From assembly GCA_048181625.1 (NCBI GenBank), contig DBEYUK010000016.1:719-64718 (forward strand): a DNA stretch of 64,000 nucleotides, in the 5' to 3' direction. The DNA is from Collinsella sp. (GTDB lineage Bacteria; Actinomycetota; Coriobacteriia; Coriobacteriales; Coriobacteriaceae). This document shows positions 10,764 through 22,732 of this stretch, piece by piece. Numbering within the stretch: the first letter of the stretch is position 1; every line of letters begins with the position of its first letter. The translations under genes were made by a program, and so were the position numbers. The notes beneath the pieces are model-generated. The model ran no database searches and was not told where the DNA came from. It saw nothing but the letters and a program-made list of their open reading frames with translations.

Positions 10764-12103
10764 GACCGGTCGCCTCCAAACAAGTCGGAACGCGTGGCCA
10801 AGTAGGCATCGAGGGCCTCGAGCGCACGGTCCGCATAGGCCTGGTAGCGGTCGCGCTTGCTGCGGCGCTTACCATCCTCGAGTGGCGGCACCAGGCCAAA
10901 GTTGACATGCATGGGCTGATAGCCCACGGTGGCAGGATCGGTCGCATAGCCCACGAGCGCACCCAGGGCGCCCACACGCGGCAACTCGACGCCCGCGGCA
11001 CCGATAGCCTCGGCATAGGTGTTGAGCGCCGCGAGCAGACCTGTCGCCACGGCTTCCATGTACCCCTCGGTGCCGGTGATCTGACCGGCCAGGCGCACAC
11101 CGGTACCGGGCACGGCAAAGGTGCCATCGAGCACATGCGGGGCGTCGACAAAGGTATTGCGGTGCATGACACCGTAGCGGAAGAACTCAGCGTTCTCCAG
11201 GCCCGGCACCATATGGAAGACGCGCTTCTGCTCGCCAAAGGTCAAGTTGGTCTGGAAGCCCACCAGGTTATAGGCGGTCTTCTCCTTGTTCTCGGCACGC
11301 AGCTGAATCGCCGCCCAGGGGCGACGTCCGGTACGCGGGTCGGTGAGGCCGACGGGCTTCATGGCGCCAAAGCGAATGGCGTCCTTGCCGGTGCGCGCAA
11401 CTTCCTCGGCAGGCTGGCAAGCCTGGAACAGATCGCCGCCCTCAAAGTCTTTGAGCACCACGCGGTCGGCCGTGGTAAGCGCCTCGATAAAGGCCTCGTA
11501 CTCCTCCTTATTGAGCGGAGCGTTGAGATAGTCGCCGCCCCCCTGCTCCTCGTAGCGCGACTGCGAGAACAGCACGTCCATATCGAGCGTGGAGGCATCG
11601 ACGATCGGCGCCGCCGCATCAAAGAATGCCAAGGCATCGCCACCGACGAGCTTCATAACCTCTTCGCTCAGCGCCGGTGAACACAGCGGGCCCGCGGCAA
11701 TGACCACGTGACCCTCGGGAATCTGCGTGACCTCGCCGTGCACGACCTCGATATTGGGACGAGCGGCAACCTCGGCCTCGACAAGCTCGGAAAACTTGAC
11801 GCGGTCGACCGCCAGGGCACCGCCGGCGGGAACAGCCGCGCGATGGGCGCAATCGAGCAGGACTGAACCCATGCGCTCAAGCTCGGCCTTCAGCAAACCA
11901 GCCGCGGAATCCGGACGGGTCGACTTAAACGAATTCGAGCAGACGAGCTCTGCCAGGTGATCGGTATGGTGAGCCGGGGAGCTCACCTGGGGGCGCATCT
12001 CGCACAGCTTTACGGCAAAACCGCGATCTGCCAGCTGGATCGCGCACTCCGAACCCGCCAGACCGCCACCGATAACTGTCACCTGATCGAACTGCATCTG
12101 CAA
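10760..12103 (-). CDS. trmFO: tRNA (uracil-5-)-methyltransferase, folate/FAD-dependent
   Basis: Motifs VIGGGLAGSE, AELVCSNS, FFDAAAPIV, FGAMKPVGL, RYGVMHRNTF, AGQITGTEGY. Confidence 0.97.
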   Translation of the reverse strand: MQMQFDQVTVIGGGLAGSECAIQLADRGFAVKLCEMRPQVSSPAHHTDHLAELVCSNSFKSTRPDSAAGLLKAELERMGSVLLDCAHRAAVPAGGALAVDRVKFSELVEAEVAARPNIEVVHGEVTQIPEGHVVIAAGPLCSPALSEEVMKLVGGDALAFFDAAAPIVDASTLDMDVLFSQSRYEEQGGGDYLNAPLNKEEYEAFIEALTTADRVVLKDFEGGDLFQACQPAEEVARTGKDAIRFGAMKPVGLTDPRTGRRPWAAIQLRAENKEKTAYNLVGFQTNLTFGEQKRVFHMVPGLENAEFFRYGVMHRNTFVDAPHVLDGTFAVPGTGVRLAGQITGTEGYMEAVATGLLAALNTYAEAIGAAGVELPRVGALGALVGYATDPATVGYQPMHVNFGLVPPLEDGKRRSKRDRYQAYADRALEALDAYLATRSDLFGGDRS

Positions 12104-12111
12104 ACACCTTT

Positions 12112-13047
12112 CTAATTGACACGTTTTCCATTGTGACCGAAGGGTGTCTGGGCGTGAAGGGCAAACTTGGAGGGCGCATACCTTCCATCCATCATGCGCT
12201 CGATAAGACCCTCGAGTTCAAGCGAACCCAAGAGTTTGAGTACGCCGACAGCATCGAGCGAGACGAGCGCCGCGATGTCGTCGACCTTGAGCGGAGAGGC
12301 GATGAGCGCATGCATCACGGTCTGCTGCATTGGATCCAGGTCGGCAATGCCGGGAGCATCGGGGCGCGGGTAGCGCAGGGTTCCGTAGATGCGTGAGATA
12401 GCCATCTCGATAGATTCCTCGTCGACAATGCAGCAGGCACCGTTCGCAATGAGGTAATTCGTGCCACGCGACTCGGGCGATAGGATCGACCCCGGCACGG
12501 CAAGAAGTTCGCGCCCCAAATCCATAGCAGCCTCGGCTGTGGAAAACGTCCCAGAAGGCATACCCGCCTCGGATACAAAGAGGGCTTGCGACAGGGCCGC
12601 GATTACGCGATTGCGGCGCGGAAAGGCGAACTTGCGCGGACCCATGCCCCACGGAGAGATCGACACGACCGCGCCACCCGTATCAAGCGTGCGCGTAATC
12701 AGCCCCGCGCTCGAACGCGGGTAGACCACGTCGGCGCCCGTCCCCAGCACCACAACGTGTTTGCCGCCGGCGTTGACCGCAGCCCAACCCGAGGCCTGGT
12801 CACAACCGACCGCACCGCCCGAAACTACCGTCACTCCCGCCTCAACCGCCACCTTCGCCGCAAGCTCTGCCACGGCAAGACCATACGGCGAGGCCTTTCG
12901 CGCACCGATGATGGATAGCGCGGGCGTCGAAAGCGCCTCGGGGTTGCCGCGCACATAGAGCGTCTGAGGTACATCAGAAAGCTCCAAAACGGTCTCGGGA
13001 TACAACGCGTCACCTGGATGCAGCTCGAAGGTCCCCTCAGCCATCAT
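12112..13047 (-). CDS. dprA: DNA-protecting protein DprA (Smf)
   Basis: Motifs SIIGARKASPYG, VVSGGAVGCD, FPRRNRVIAALS, AVPGSI, plus a C-terminal winged helix. ATGA overlap with the comM stop. Confidence 0.95.
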   Translation of the reverse strand: MMAEGTFELHPGDALYPETVLELSDVPQTLYVRGNPEALSTPALSIIGARKASPYGLAVAELAAKVAVEAGVTVVSGGAVGCDQASGWAAVNAGGKHVVVLGTGADVVYPRSSAGLITRTLDTGGAVVSISPWGMGPRKFAFPRRNRVIAALSQALFVSEAGMPSGTFSTAEAAMDLGRELLAVPGSILSPESRGTNYLIANGACCIVDEESIEMAISRIYGTLRYPRPDAPGIADLDPMQQTVMHALIASPLKVDDIAALVSLDAVGVLKLLGSLELEGLIERMMDGRYAPSKFALHAQTPFGHNGKRVN

Positions 13048-14567
13048 TGGTCCCTCCTTCCCTGGTACATCGCCGCCTCGAGCACGTGGTCCTGCGTCAC
13101 CTGCTCGCTCTCGGCGACATCTGCGATCGTGCGCGCAATGCGAACAAGGCGCACGATGCCACGCCCTGTGAGATGCGTGCGCTTCGACAGGCCGAGCACA
13201 CACTTCTCCGCCGCATCATCGAGCTCAAAGGTCGAAACGACGCCGTCAATGGACCGTGTCTCGTCATCCTCGGCCTCGGCATCCGCATCGTCCATGCGGG
13301 ATTCGCGCCAAGCGCGAAAGGCGCGACCGCGCACAACGTAGTCACGTAACTCGGCCGACGACATGCCCTCCGCACCCTCGATAATCACTTGAGGGTCGGG
13401 ACGGGTCACATCGATCATCATGTCGATACGGTCGGCCAAAGGACCGCGCAGTTTAGACCGATAGCGCTCGACCATCGCCGCCGAGCAGCGACACGGCACC
13501 TCGCGATCGCCCAAAAAGCCGCAGGGGCAGGGATTGCTCGCAGCCAGCAGCTGAAAGCGCGACGGGAAGGTAAAAGCCCCGTCGACGCGTACGATCCTCA
13601 CGTAGCCGCGCTCGATGGGCTGACGCAGCGTCTGCAGCACGCCAGTGGGAAACTCGGCAAGCTCGTCCAAAAAGAGCACGCCGCCATGAGCAAGGCTGAT
13701 CTCACCCGGGTGCACCGGGCGCCCGCCGCCGATAAGGCCTGCGGTCGAAATACTGTGGTGGGGACTGCGGAAGGGGCGGTGCCCCGCCAACAAGCCATCA
13801 ATGTTCTCACCCAAAACCGAATGGATGCACAGTGCCTCCTGCTGATCCTCAACGGAAAGCTCGGGCAGGATGCCGGTCATACGGCGTGCGAGCATCGTCT
13901 TGCCCGATCCCGGAGACCCGATCATGAGCAAGCCGAGTTCTCCTGCCGCCGCAAGCGCCATGCCGCGTTTAGCGACTTCCTGCCCCAGCACGTCTGCATA
14001 GTCGAGCTCGGGCTCAAAGGTCGCCTCGACACCCTCGGAATCCAAGTAGTGCCGTGCGGCATCGCCCATGCCGTGAGCAAGCTGAGACAGATGGTCGATA
14101 AAGCCGCAATCCACGCCCGCGAGTGGCACATGCTGGTCGGACCTGCCGGCGATAAAAGACAGCCCCATGTCGCGAGCCAATAGCTGAAACGCCACCTCGC
14201 CTTTGACAGGAAGCACCGTGCCGTCCAAGCCGAGCTCGCCGGCGATAAGACAACGATCGAGGTTGTCGCGGGGAATCTGACCATCGGCCGCTAGAACCGC
14301 GATGGCGATGGGCAGATCAAAGCCGCTACCGGTCTTGCGAATATCGCCGGGCGCCAGATTGACCGTAATGCCCGAGCGCGGGATCTCAAAGCCGGCCGAG
14401 CGCATCGCACAGCGAATACGACCACGTGACTCCATCACCTCCATACTCGGGATGCCGAGCATCTGAATGCCCGGAACGCCGCCGGCAAGCGAGACCTCGA
14501 CCGTGACGTGAATCGCCTCGACGCCGCGGATGCAGGCCGCGTGAACGGCAAACGTCTCGAACGCCAT
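13044..14567 (-). CDS. comM: YifB/ComM family Mg-chelatase-like AAA+ ATPase
   Basis: Motifs ITVNLAPGDIRKTGSGFDLPIA, GSPGSGKT, PFRSPHH, PGEISLAHGGVLFLDE, NPCPCG, RIARTIAD. Confidence 0.94.
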   Translation of the reverse strand: MAFETFAVHAACIRGVEAIHVTVEVSLAGGVPGIQMLGIPSMEVMESRGRIRCAMRSAGFEIPRSGITVNLAPGDIRKTGSGFDLPIAIAVLAADGQIPRDNLDRCLIAGELGLDGTVLPVKGEVAFQLLARDMGLSFIAGRSDQHVPLAGVDCGFIDHLSQLAHGMGDAARHYLDSEGVEATFEPELDYADVLGQEVAKRGMALAAAGELGLLMIGSPGSGKTMLARRMTGILPELSVEDQQEALCIHSVLGENIDGLLAGHRPFRSPHHSISTAGLIGGGRPVHPGEISLAHGGVLFLDELAEFPTGVLQTLRQPIERGYVRIVRVDGAFTFPSRFQLLAASNPCPCGFLGDREVPCRCSAAMVERYRSKLRGPLADRIDMMIDVTRPDPQVIIEGAEGMSSAELRDYVVRGRAFRAWRESRMDDADAEAEDDETRSIDGVVSTFELDDAAEKCVLGLSKRTHLTGRGIVRLVRIARTIADVAESEQVTQDHVLEAAMYQGRRDQ

Positions 14568-15052
14568 CACGACACCTGCCAATCGAACGCGTTGTACTGG
14601 TGCTCGATCTCGGCGATATGCCCGTCGCGGATGGTGACGCCCACGGCATCGAAGCGAATCGCCTTGAGCGGATAATGCTCCATGAGATAGCAACTTGCGA
14701 TGCGGCGGTAGCGGCGTTGCTTTTGGGCGTCCACGGCCTCCTCGGGAAAGACCCGCGTGTTGCAATCCAGCGCAACGCGTCTGGTCTTGACCTCGGCCAT
14801 CACCACGACATCGTCGAGCTCATCGAGCAGCACCAGATCGGCCTCGCCCTCGGTGCAACGATAACCCTGCTCCAGCAAGGTGTAGCCGCGCTCGTTAAAG
14901 TAGTCGATGGTGATCAGCTCGCCTAGCATGCCCAGCTCGCGGGGACTGAGTCCCTTGATAAACTCGGGCGTCATCGCCCCACAGTCGAGCTCGCCGTTTT
15001 CCCAACGCTCCTTGAGCTGCTGCGTCTTGCTCTTTTTGCTTGCGGCACTCAT
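14567..15052 (-). CDS. yraN: YraN family (UPF0102) PD-(D/E)xK nuclease
   Basis: Motifs LGMLGE, GEADLV, MAEVKTR, PEEAVDAQKQRR, IRFDAVGV. Start chosen at ATG 15052 after an AAGGAG SD. Confidence 0.88.
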   Translation of the reverse strand: MSAASKKSKTQQLKERWENGELDCGAMTPEFIKGLSPRELGMLGELITIDYFNERGYTLLEQGYRCTEGEADLVLLDELDDVVVMAEVKTRRVALDCNTRVFPEEAVDAQKQRRYRRIASCYLMEHYPLKAIRFDAVGVTIRDGHIAEIEHQYNAFDWQVS

Positions 15053-15241
15053 GGGGTCTCCTTTCCCGCACACTGCATTGCCCCGATGATGAGGGCACCT
15101 TTCATGCGGGTAAGTACCGGAAGCAAACCAAAAGCTGACCAAATGCCGACAAAAAACGGGCCGTACGCAGCAATGCTGCTGCATACGGCCCGCTACCAGC
15201 AGGTTTATAAAACCACAGAGGTCCCTGTCTCCACAATTGGC

Positions 15242-16030
15242 CTAGAAAAGGCGCTCAGTCTGCAGAAAGTTTCCGCAAAAGCTCACGCGGTGCAGCGGAC
15301 AAAGTCCATGTTTGCGAATGGCCTCGATGTGCTCGGGGCTCGCATAGCCCTTCGACTCGGCCAGATGGTACTCGGGGTACTCGGCGTCGTACTCGACCAT
15401 CATCTCGTCACGCGTGACCTTGGCCATGATGGACGCTGCGGCGATGCAGGCGATCTTGGCATCGCCTTTCACCACATCGCGCTCGTTAGGAACAGCGCCC
15501 AAGGGGTTGCCATCCATGAGGACGCAGTCGGGTTCAAGTCCCGTATCGGCCACGGCGCCCGCAACGGCGGTACGGATAGCACGGGCCATGCCCATCTCAT
15601 CGATATCCTTAGGCGCGATATGGCAAAAACCGATCGCCGTCGCCACCTCGGCAATCTTCACTGAGAGCAACTCGCGGCGCGCCGGCGTGAGCTTTTTGGA
15701 ATCGTTGATGCCCCAGACGCGCGGCTCCATGGGAAGGCACACGGCACACACGGTTAAGGGACCCGCTACCGAGCCGCGGCCCACCTCGTCGACACCAACG
15801 ACCACCCCATCGCCGCCAAGCTCATGCATAAGCTCGTACATGTCATTGACGCGCTCGCGCTCGGCAAGTTCCTTAGCATGGCGTTTGAGGGCGCGTTCAC
15901 AAGCCTTGATCACCTGCTGGCGCGGGTCCTCGCGATAATGCTCCACGAGGGCGGGGATCTCCTCAAACGTTGCGCTCGCTAGCTCTCCGGCAACCTGCGA
16001 TGCCGAAACCGAGCTCGTCATATTGGCCAT
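15242..16030 (-). CDS. rnhB: Ribonuclease HII
   Basis: Motifs GVDEVGRGSVAGP, INDSKKL, VKGDAK, IAAASIMAKVTRD, KGY, HRVSF. Confidence 0.96.
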   Translation of the reverse strand: MANMTSSVSASQVAGELASATFEEIPALVEHYREDPRQQVIKACERALKRHAKELAERERVNDMYELMHELGGDGVVVGVDEVGRGSVAGPLTVCAVCLPMEPRVWGINDSKKLTPARRELLSVKIAEVATAIGFCHIAPKDIDEMGMARAIRTAVAGAVADTGLEPDCVLMDGNPLGAVPNERDVVKGDAKIACIAAASIMAKVTRDEMMVEYDAEYPEYHLAESKGYASPEHIEAIRKHGLCPLHRVSFCGNFLQTERLF

Positions 16031-16059
16031 ACCGGGCCCTCCTTGCATGCAAATCAGAT

Positions 16060-16089
16060 AAAAAGAAGGGCCACCCGAAGGTGACCCTT
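16060..16089 (-). terminator. Rho-independent terminator after rplS
   Basis: Minus strand hairpin AAGGGTCACC-TTCG-GGTGGCCCTT followed by CTTTTT. Confidence 0.75.
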
Positions 16090-16123
16090 GTGTCCAAACG
16101 AGTGGACAGACGCTGCGATCTTC

Positions 16124-16465
16124 TTAGCGCTTCTCGGGGATGCGAGCAGCCTTGCCCACCTTGTCGCGGAGGTAGTACAGCTTGGCGCGACGGACGCGAC
16201 CATGACGAACGACCTCGAGCTTGGCGATCTTGGGGCTGTGAAGCGGGAAGGTACGCTCAACACCGACACCGAAGGACATCTTGCGGACGGTGAAGGTCTC
16301 GCGGGCACCGGCGCCGGCCATGCGGATGACGTCGCCCTGGAAGACCTGGATGCGCTCGCGGTCGCCTTCCTTAATGCGGTAGTGAACCTTGACGTTGTCG
16401 GCGACGCGAACCTGAGGAATGTCCTCGCGGATCTGCTGACGCTCGATTGCGCGGATGTAATCCAT
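16124..16465 (-). CDS. rplS: 50S ribosomal protein L19
   Basis: Motifs [39 protein letters not shown]. Confidence 0.98.
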   Translation of the reverse strand: MDYIRAIERQQIREDIPQVRVADNVKVHYRIKEGDRERIQVFQGDVIRMAGAGARETFTVRKMSFGVGVERTFPLHSPKIAKLEVVRHGRVRRAKLYYLRDKVGKAARIPEKR

Positions 16466-16604
16466 GTGCAATTCCTTACTCTTCTAGAGGTGCCGTACCA
16501 CTCTGGCCGGCACGTAGTTGAACAAACGTATTCGAGTATACACGCGCGGGTTTCTGCTGCAAGAACAATTTTTTACGCAGACAAAAAGACAAAACCCGCA
16601 CATG

Positions 16605-16636
16605 ATAACCGTCCGCCTCACGAATGAGACGGACGG
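16605..16636 (-). terminator. Hairpin, probable terminator after ppdK
   Basis: Minus strand CCGTCCGTCTCA-TTCG-TGAGGCGGACGG with a short U tract. Confidence 0.55.
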
Positions 16637-16674
16637 CATGAGGGGGGCTACGTTAGGCGTCTGAACCCAAAACG

Positions 16675-19425
<2,751 letters not shown>

Positions 19426-19500
19426 GATACTTCCCCTTTCATGCACTTACGCGCACGACCGTGGTAACGAATCGACCCGCCAAATGCGGGCCGTGAGGGA

Positions 19501-19529
19501 ACTATACGGCGGGTTTTGAGCGGGCTTAA
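19501..19529 (-). promoter_or_regulatory. Putative sigma-70 promoter of ppdK
   Basis: Minus strand TTAAGC-N17-TATAGT. Confidence 0.45.
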
Positions 19530-19547
19530 GCAGAGGACGCGGGGGTT

Positions 19548-19594
19548 GGTAAACGTGGTAAATTTGGCGGTAAACGGTAGGTAAAGTTGGTTAC
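19548..19594. repeat. Phased GGTAAA direct repeats
   Basis: GGTAAA at 19548, 19557, 19569 and 19580, and GGTTAC at 19589. Confidence 0.6.
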
Positions 19595-19680
19595 CTTATG
19601 AAGATACCAATGCAAGAGGCTTGCAGGTCAAATGCCAGTTTCTTGCTAAATCGCTTTACCATTATCGCGCATTATTTTTA

Positions 19681-19715
19681 GGTAGTCTTATAAAGACAGG
19701 CATTTTTAGCTACCC
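19681..19715 (+). repeat. Degenerate solitary copy of the RAYT-associated REP
   Basis: GGTAGTCTTATAAAGACAGGCATTTTTAGCTACCC versus consensus GGTAGTCAATTTGGGACGGGGCTATTTTAGCTACCC. Both ends are conserved. Confidence 0.6.
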
Positions 19716-19731
19716 CAATAAGCTAGCTTTG

Positions 19732-20598
19732 CTAGGCTCGGCGGGCGGCGCGGCGGGCACGGGCTTCTTGGATTTCCTCCAAGTGACTAATGATCTCGGA
19801 GGCGCTCTCCTCGATCGCCTTGCCGTCGGTACGCACCACAAAGCAGCCCAGGCGCTTCATGAGGGCGCGAGCTTCCTCGAGCTCGCTGCGCACGCTCTCG
19901 GGCTCGGCATAGGAGCCGGCGACGGCACGGGCGTAGTCGTCGCCCAAGCGGCTATCGCGAATTTCGGAAATCACATCGACGGTCGAAATCAGGCCGAACA
20001 GGCGCATCGGGTCAACCTCGTAAATCGACTTCGGCGGCTCCATGCCATGGGCCAACGGAACATTGGCAACCTTGTAACCTTGATAGGCCAAATACATCGA
20101 CAACGGCGTCTTGGACGTGCGCGATACGCCCAGCAGCACGATATCGGCACCCGACAGATCGTCGCAACCGCGCCCGTCATCGTGCTCAACGAAATACTCC
20201 ATGGCCTCGATACGATGGAAATAGCGGTCATCGGTCCTGTGAATCACGCCCGCAACGCCCTTGGGCGGCACACCGATGAGCGACGACAGCACGGCGAGCG
20301 TCGGACCGATCAGGTCGACCGAGCGAATGTGCAGCATGCCCAAGTAGTCGAGCACACGAGCACGAAGGGCCGGGTCGACAATGGTGTGGAACACGGCGAT
20401 ATCGCGATGGTCGGCATCGACGCGCGGCCCCACAAATGACTTGACCTGCTCTACAGAGTTCACCTTGGGCAGGCGCAAGAGACGAAAAACCCCTTCATCA
20501 AATTGCCCAGACGCCGCAAGCACCACCTCACAAGCGGTATCACCGAGCGAGTCGGAGATAACGATAACGGTGGGACAAGCGGTGACCGGGCAATCCAT
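19732..20598 (-). CDS. ppsR: Pyruvate phosphate dikinase regulatory protein (PDRP/DUF299 kinase-phosphotransferase)
   Basis: Motifs ISDSLGDTA, YFHRIEAMEYFVEHDDG, GVSRTSKTPLSMYLA, KVANVPL, KAIEESA. Adjacent to ppdK. Confidence 0.93.
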   Translation of the reverse strand: MDCPVTACPTVIVISDSLGDTACEVVLAASGQFDEGVFRLLRLPKVNSVEQVKSFVGPRVDADHRDIAVFHTIVDPALRARVLDYLGMLHIRSVDLIGPTLAVLSSLIGVPPKGVAGVIHRTDDRYFHRIEAMEYFVEHDDGRGCDDLSGADIVLLGVSRTSKTPLSMYLAYQGYKVANVPLAHGMEPPKSIYEVDPMRLFGLISTVDVISEIRDSRLGDDYARAVAGSYAEPESVRSELEEARALMKRLGCFVVRTDGKAIEESASEIISHLEEIQEARARRAARRA

Positions 20599-20632
20599 GC
20601 GGGGCTCCTTTTGCGCTTACGCGCAGGCTGGC

Positions 20633-22729
20633 TTACTTTTTGCGGGCAAGCTCACCGATGTTGGCGATGCCGGAGAAAACGGCCTCGAAGCGGTTGAGCA
20701 GCTTAAGGCGATTATCGCGAAGCTGCTCGTCCTTGTCCATGACCATGACCTCGTCGAAGAAGCGGTCGATGGGGGCGCGCAGGGCGGCAAGGGCGGCAAA
20801 TGCGGCCGGGTAATCCTCGGCAGCAAGGGCGGCGTCGACAGCGGTCTGAGCAGCCTCGGAGGCGTCGGCAAGCGCGAGCTCGGCCTCGCCCATCAGGGCG
20901 CGGTCGTACTCCGCACCCAGCTCGGGCTTGGAGATGTGCGCGGCGCGGGCATAGGCGGTCGCCAGGTTATCGAACGTCTCGGCATCGTTCTTGCGGGCCT
21001 CGTCGAGGGCGGCGCAGCGGGCGAAGAAAACGGACGGGGCGATGATGTGCACCGCGGAGACGGCGGCAACAGTATCGGCCGGGATCTTTTCGTCGCGGGC
21101 CATGCTCACCAGGCGGCCATGGAAGAAGTCGCGAACCTGCTGGGCGACCTCGGCGGCGTCGAACTCAATGCCCTGCTCACTGTAGAGCTCGAGGGCGAAG
21201 TCAATGAGCGACGTGGGGTCGATCGGCAGGCGGTCGCGCAGGATGTTGATGATGCCGATAGCGGCACGACGCAGCGCGTAGGGGTCGGAGGAGCCGGTCG
21301 GGGGCTCGCCGATGGAAAAGATACCGGCGATGGTATCGAGCTTGTCGGCGCAGGCCACGATGCAGCCAGCGGTGCCCTCGGGCAGCTCGTCACCGGCAAA
21401 GCGAGGACGATAGTGATCGCGAATAGCATGGGCGACCTCGTCGTTCTCCCCCATCGCGGTCGCATAATAACCGCCCATCACGCCCTGCTGGCTCGTGAAC
21501 TCGACGACGGCGTTGGACACCAGGTCTGCCTTGCACAGGTGCGCGGCGCGAGCAGCGTCGGCGGCAAGATGGGCGCCCAGATGAGCCTCGCGGGCGATAG
21601 CGAGCGCGAGCTGCTCGATGCGCTCGGACTTGGCGAGCACGCTACCGAGCTTCTCCTGGAAGGCAACCTTGGCCAGACGCTCACGGAATTCGTCGAGGGA
21701 GATCTTCAGGTCCTCCTCGTAGAAGAACTTTGCGTCGTCCAGACGGGCGCGCACGACGCGCTCGTTGCCGTCGATCACGCGCTCGGCGTTCTCGGGCTTG
21801 CTGTTGGAGACGACCACGAACTCACGCGTGAGCTTGCCCTCGCCGTCATAGATCGGGAAGTAGCGCTGGTTGGTGAGCATGGACTCGCAGATGATCTCGT
21901 GCGGGACCTTGAGGAACTCCTCATCGAAGGTACCGACGAGCACCGTCGGCCACTCGCAGAGGTTAATGACCTCCTCAAAGACCTTCTTGGGCGTATCAAC
22001 ATGGCAGCCGGGACGGGCAGCCTCGACCTCGGCGATACCGGCGAGGATGGCCTCGCGACGACGCTCGGCAGAAAGCACGCCAGCGTCCTCGAGCACCTGC
22101 TCGTAGACGGCGGGGCTGGCAACCACATGGTCGCCAGGGCCAAGTACGCGATGACCACGCGTGGTGTTGCTACTCGTCACGTCGGCAAACGATACGGGCA
22201 CAACATCCTCGCCCAAAAGGCAGCAGATCCAACGGACCGGACGCACGAACGTCGCGTGCTCGTGGCCCCAGCGCTGGGAGCGATAGTTGGGCCACTGCAG
22301 GCCGGCAATAGTCTTCTCGCACAGAGCGGTCAGAATCGGCGTAGCCGGTGCGGTGGGAATGTTCTTCTCGGCGAACACATACTCGCGACCGTCGGTGTCC
22401 TCGCGACGGACCAGGTCCTCGGCAGACACACCGCACTTGCGGGCGAAGCCCTGGGCGGCCTTAGTGGCGTTGCCGTGGGCATCGAAGGCAATGTTGGCCG
22501 CGGGGCCACGCTTGACCTCGTGAACCTCATCTGTCGCGGTGGCGACGTCGGCAACGAGTGCAGCCAGACGACGCGGGCTCGAGATCACGCGGACCTCGCC
22601 ATGGGCCAGACCGGCCTCGTCGAGACCCTTGGCGATCATGGTGCCAAGCTGCTTGACGGCATTGTTCAGCGGCGCGGAGGGCATCTCCTCCGTACCGATC
22701 TCAAACAGGAAATCCTTAGCGTCTGCCAT
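20633..22729 (-). CDS. glyS: Glycine--tRNA ligase beta subunit
   Basis: Motifs LFEIGTEEMP, SPRRLA, FVRPVRW, GNERVVRARLDDAKFF, KADLVS, PTGSSDPYALRR, FFDEVMVM...NRL. Confidence 0.98.
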   Translation of the reverse strand: MADAKDFLFEIGTEEMPSAPLNNAVKQLGTMIAKGLDEAGLAHGEVRVISSPRRLAALVADVATATDEVHEVKRGPAANIAFDAHGNATKAAQGFARKCGVSAEDLVRREDTDGREYVFAEKNIPTAPATPILTALCEKTIAGLQWPNYRSQRWGHEHATFVRPVRWICCLLGEDVVPVSFADVTSSNTTRGHRVLGPGDHVVASPAVYEQVLEDAGVLSAERRREAILAGIAEVEAARPGCHVDTPKKVFEEVINLCEWPTVLVGTFDEEFLKVPHEIICESMLTNQRYFPIYDGEGKLTREFVVVSNSKPENAERVIDGNERVVRARLDDAKFFYEEDLKISLDEFRERLAKVAFQEKLGSVLAKSERIEQLALAIAREAHLGAHLAADAARAAHLCKADLVSNAVVEFTSQQGVMGGYYATAMGENDEVAHAIRDHYRPRFAGDELPEGTAGCIVACADKLDTIAGIFSIGEPPTGSSDPYALRRAAIGIINILRDRLPIDPTSLIDFALELYSEQGIEFDAAEVAQQVRDFFHGRLVSMARDEKIPADTVAAVSAVHIIAPSVFFARCAALDEARKNDAETFDNLATAYARAAHISKPELGAEYDRALMGEAELALADASEAAQTAVDAALAAEDYPAAFAALAALRAPIDRFFDEVMVMDKDEQLRDNRLKLLNRFEAVFSGIANIGELARKK

Positions 22730-22732
22730 GGC

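Noticed and set aside
16518..16536. GAACAAACGTATTCG upstream of rplS as an SOS box
   Set aside because: The spacing does not fit GAAC-N4-GTTC, and it coincides with the likely TSS region of a ribosomal protein promoter.
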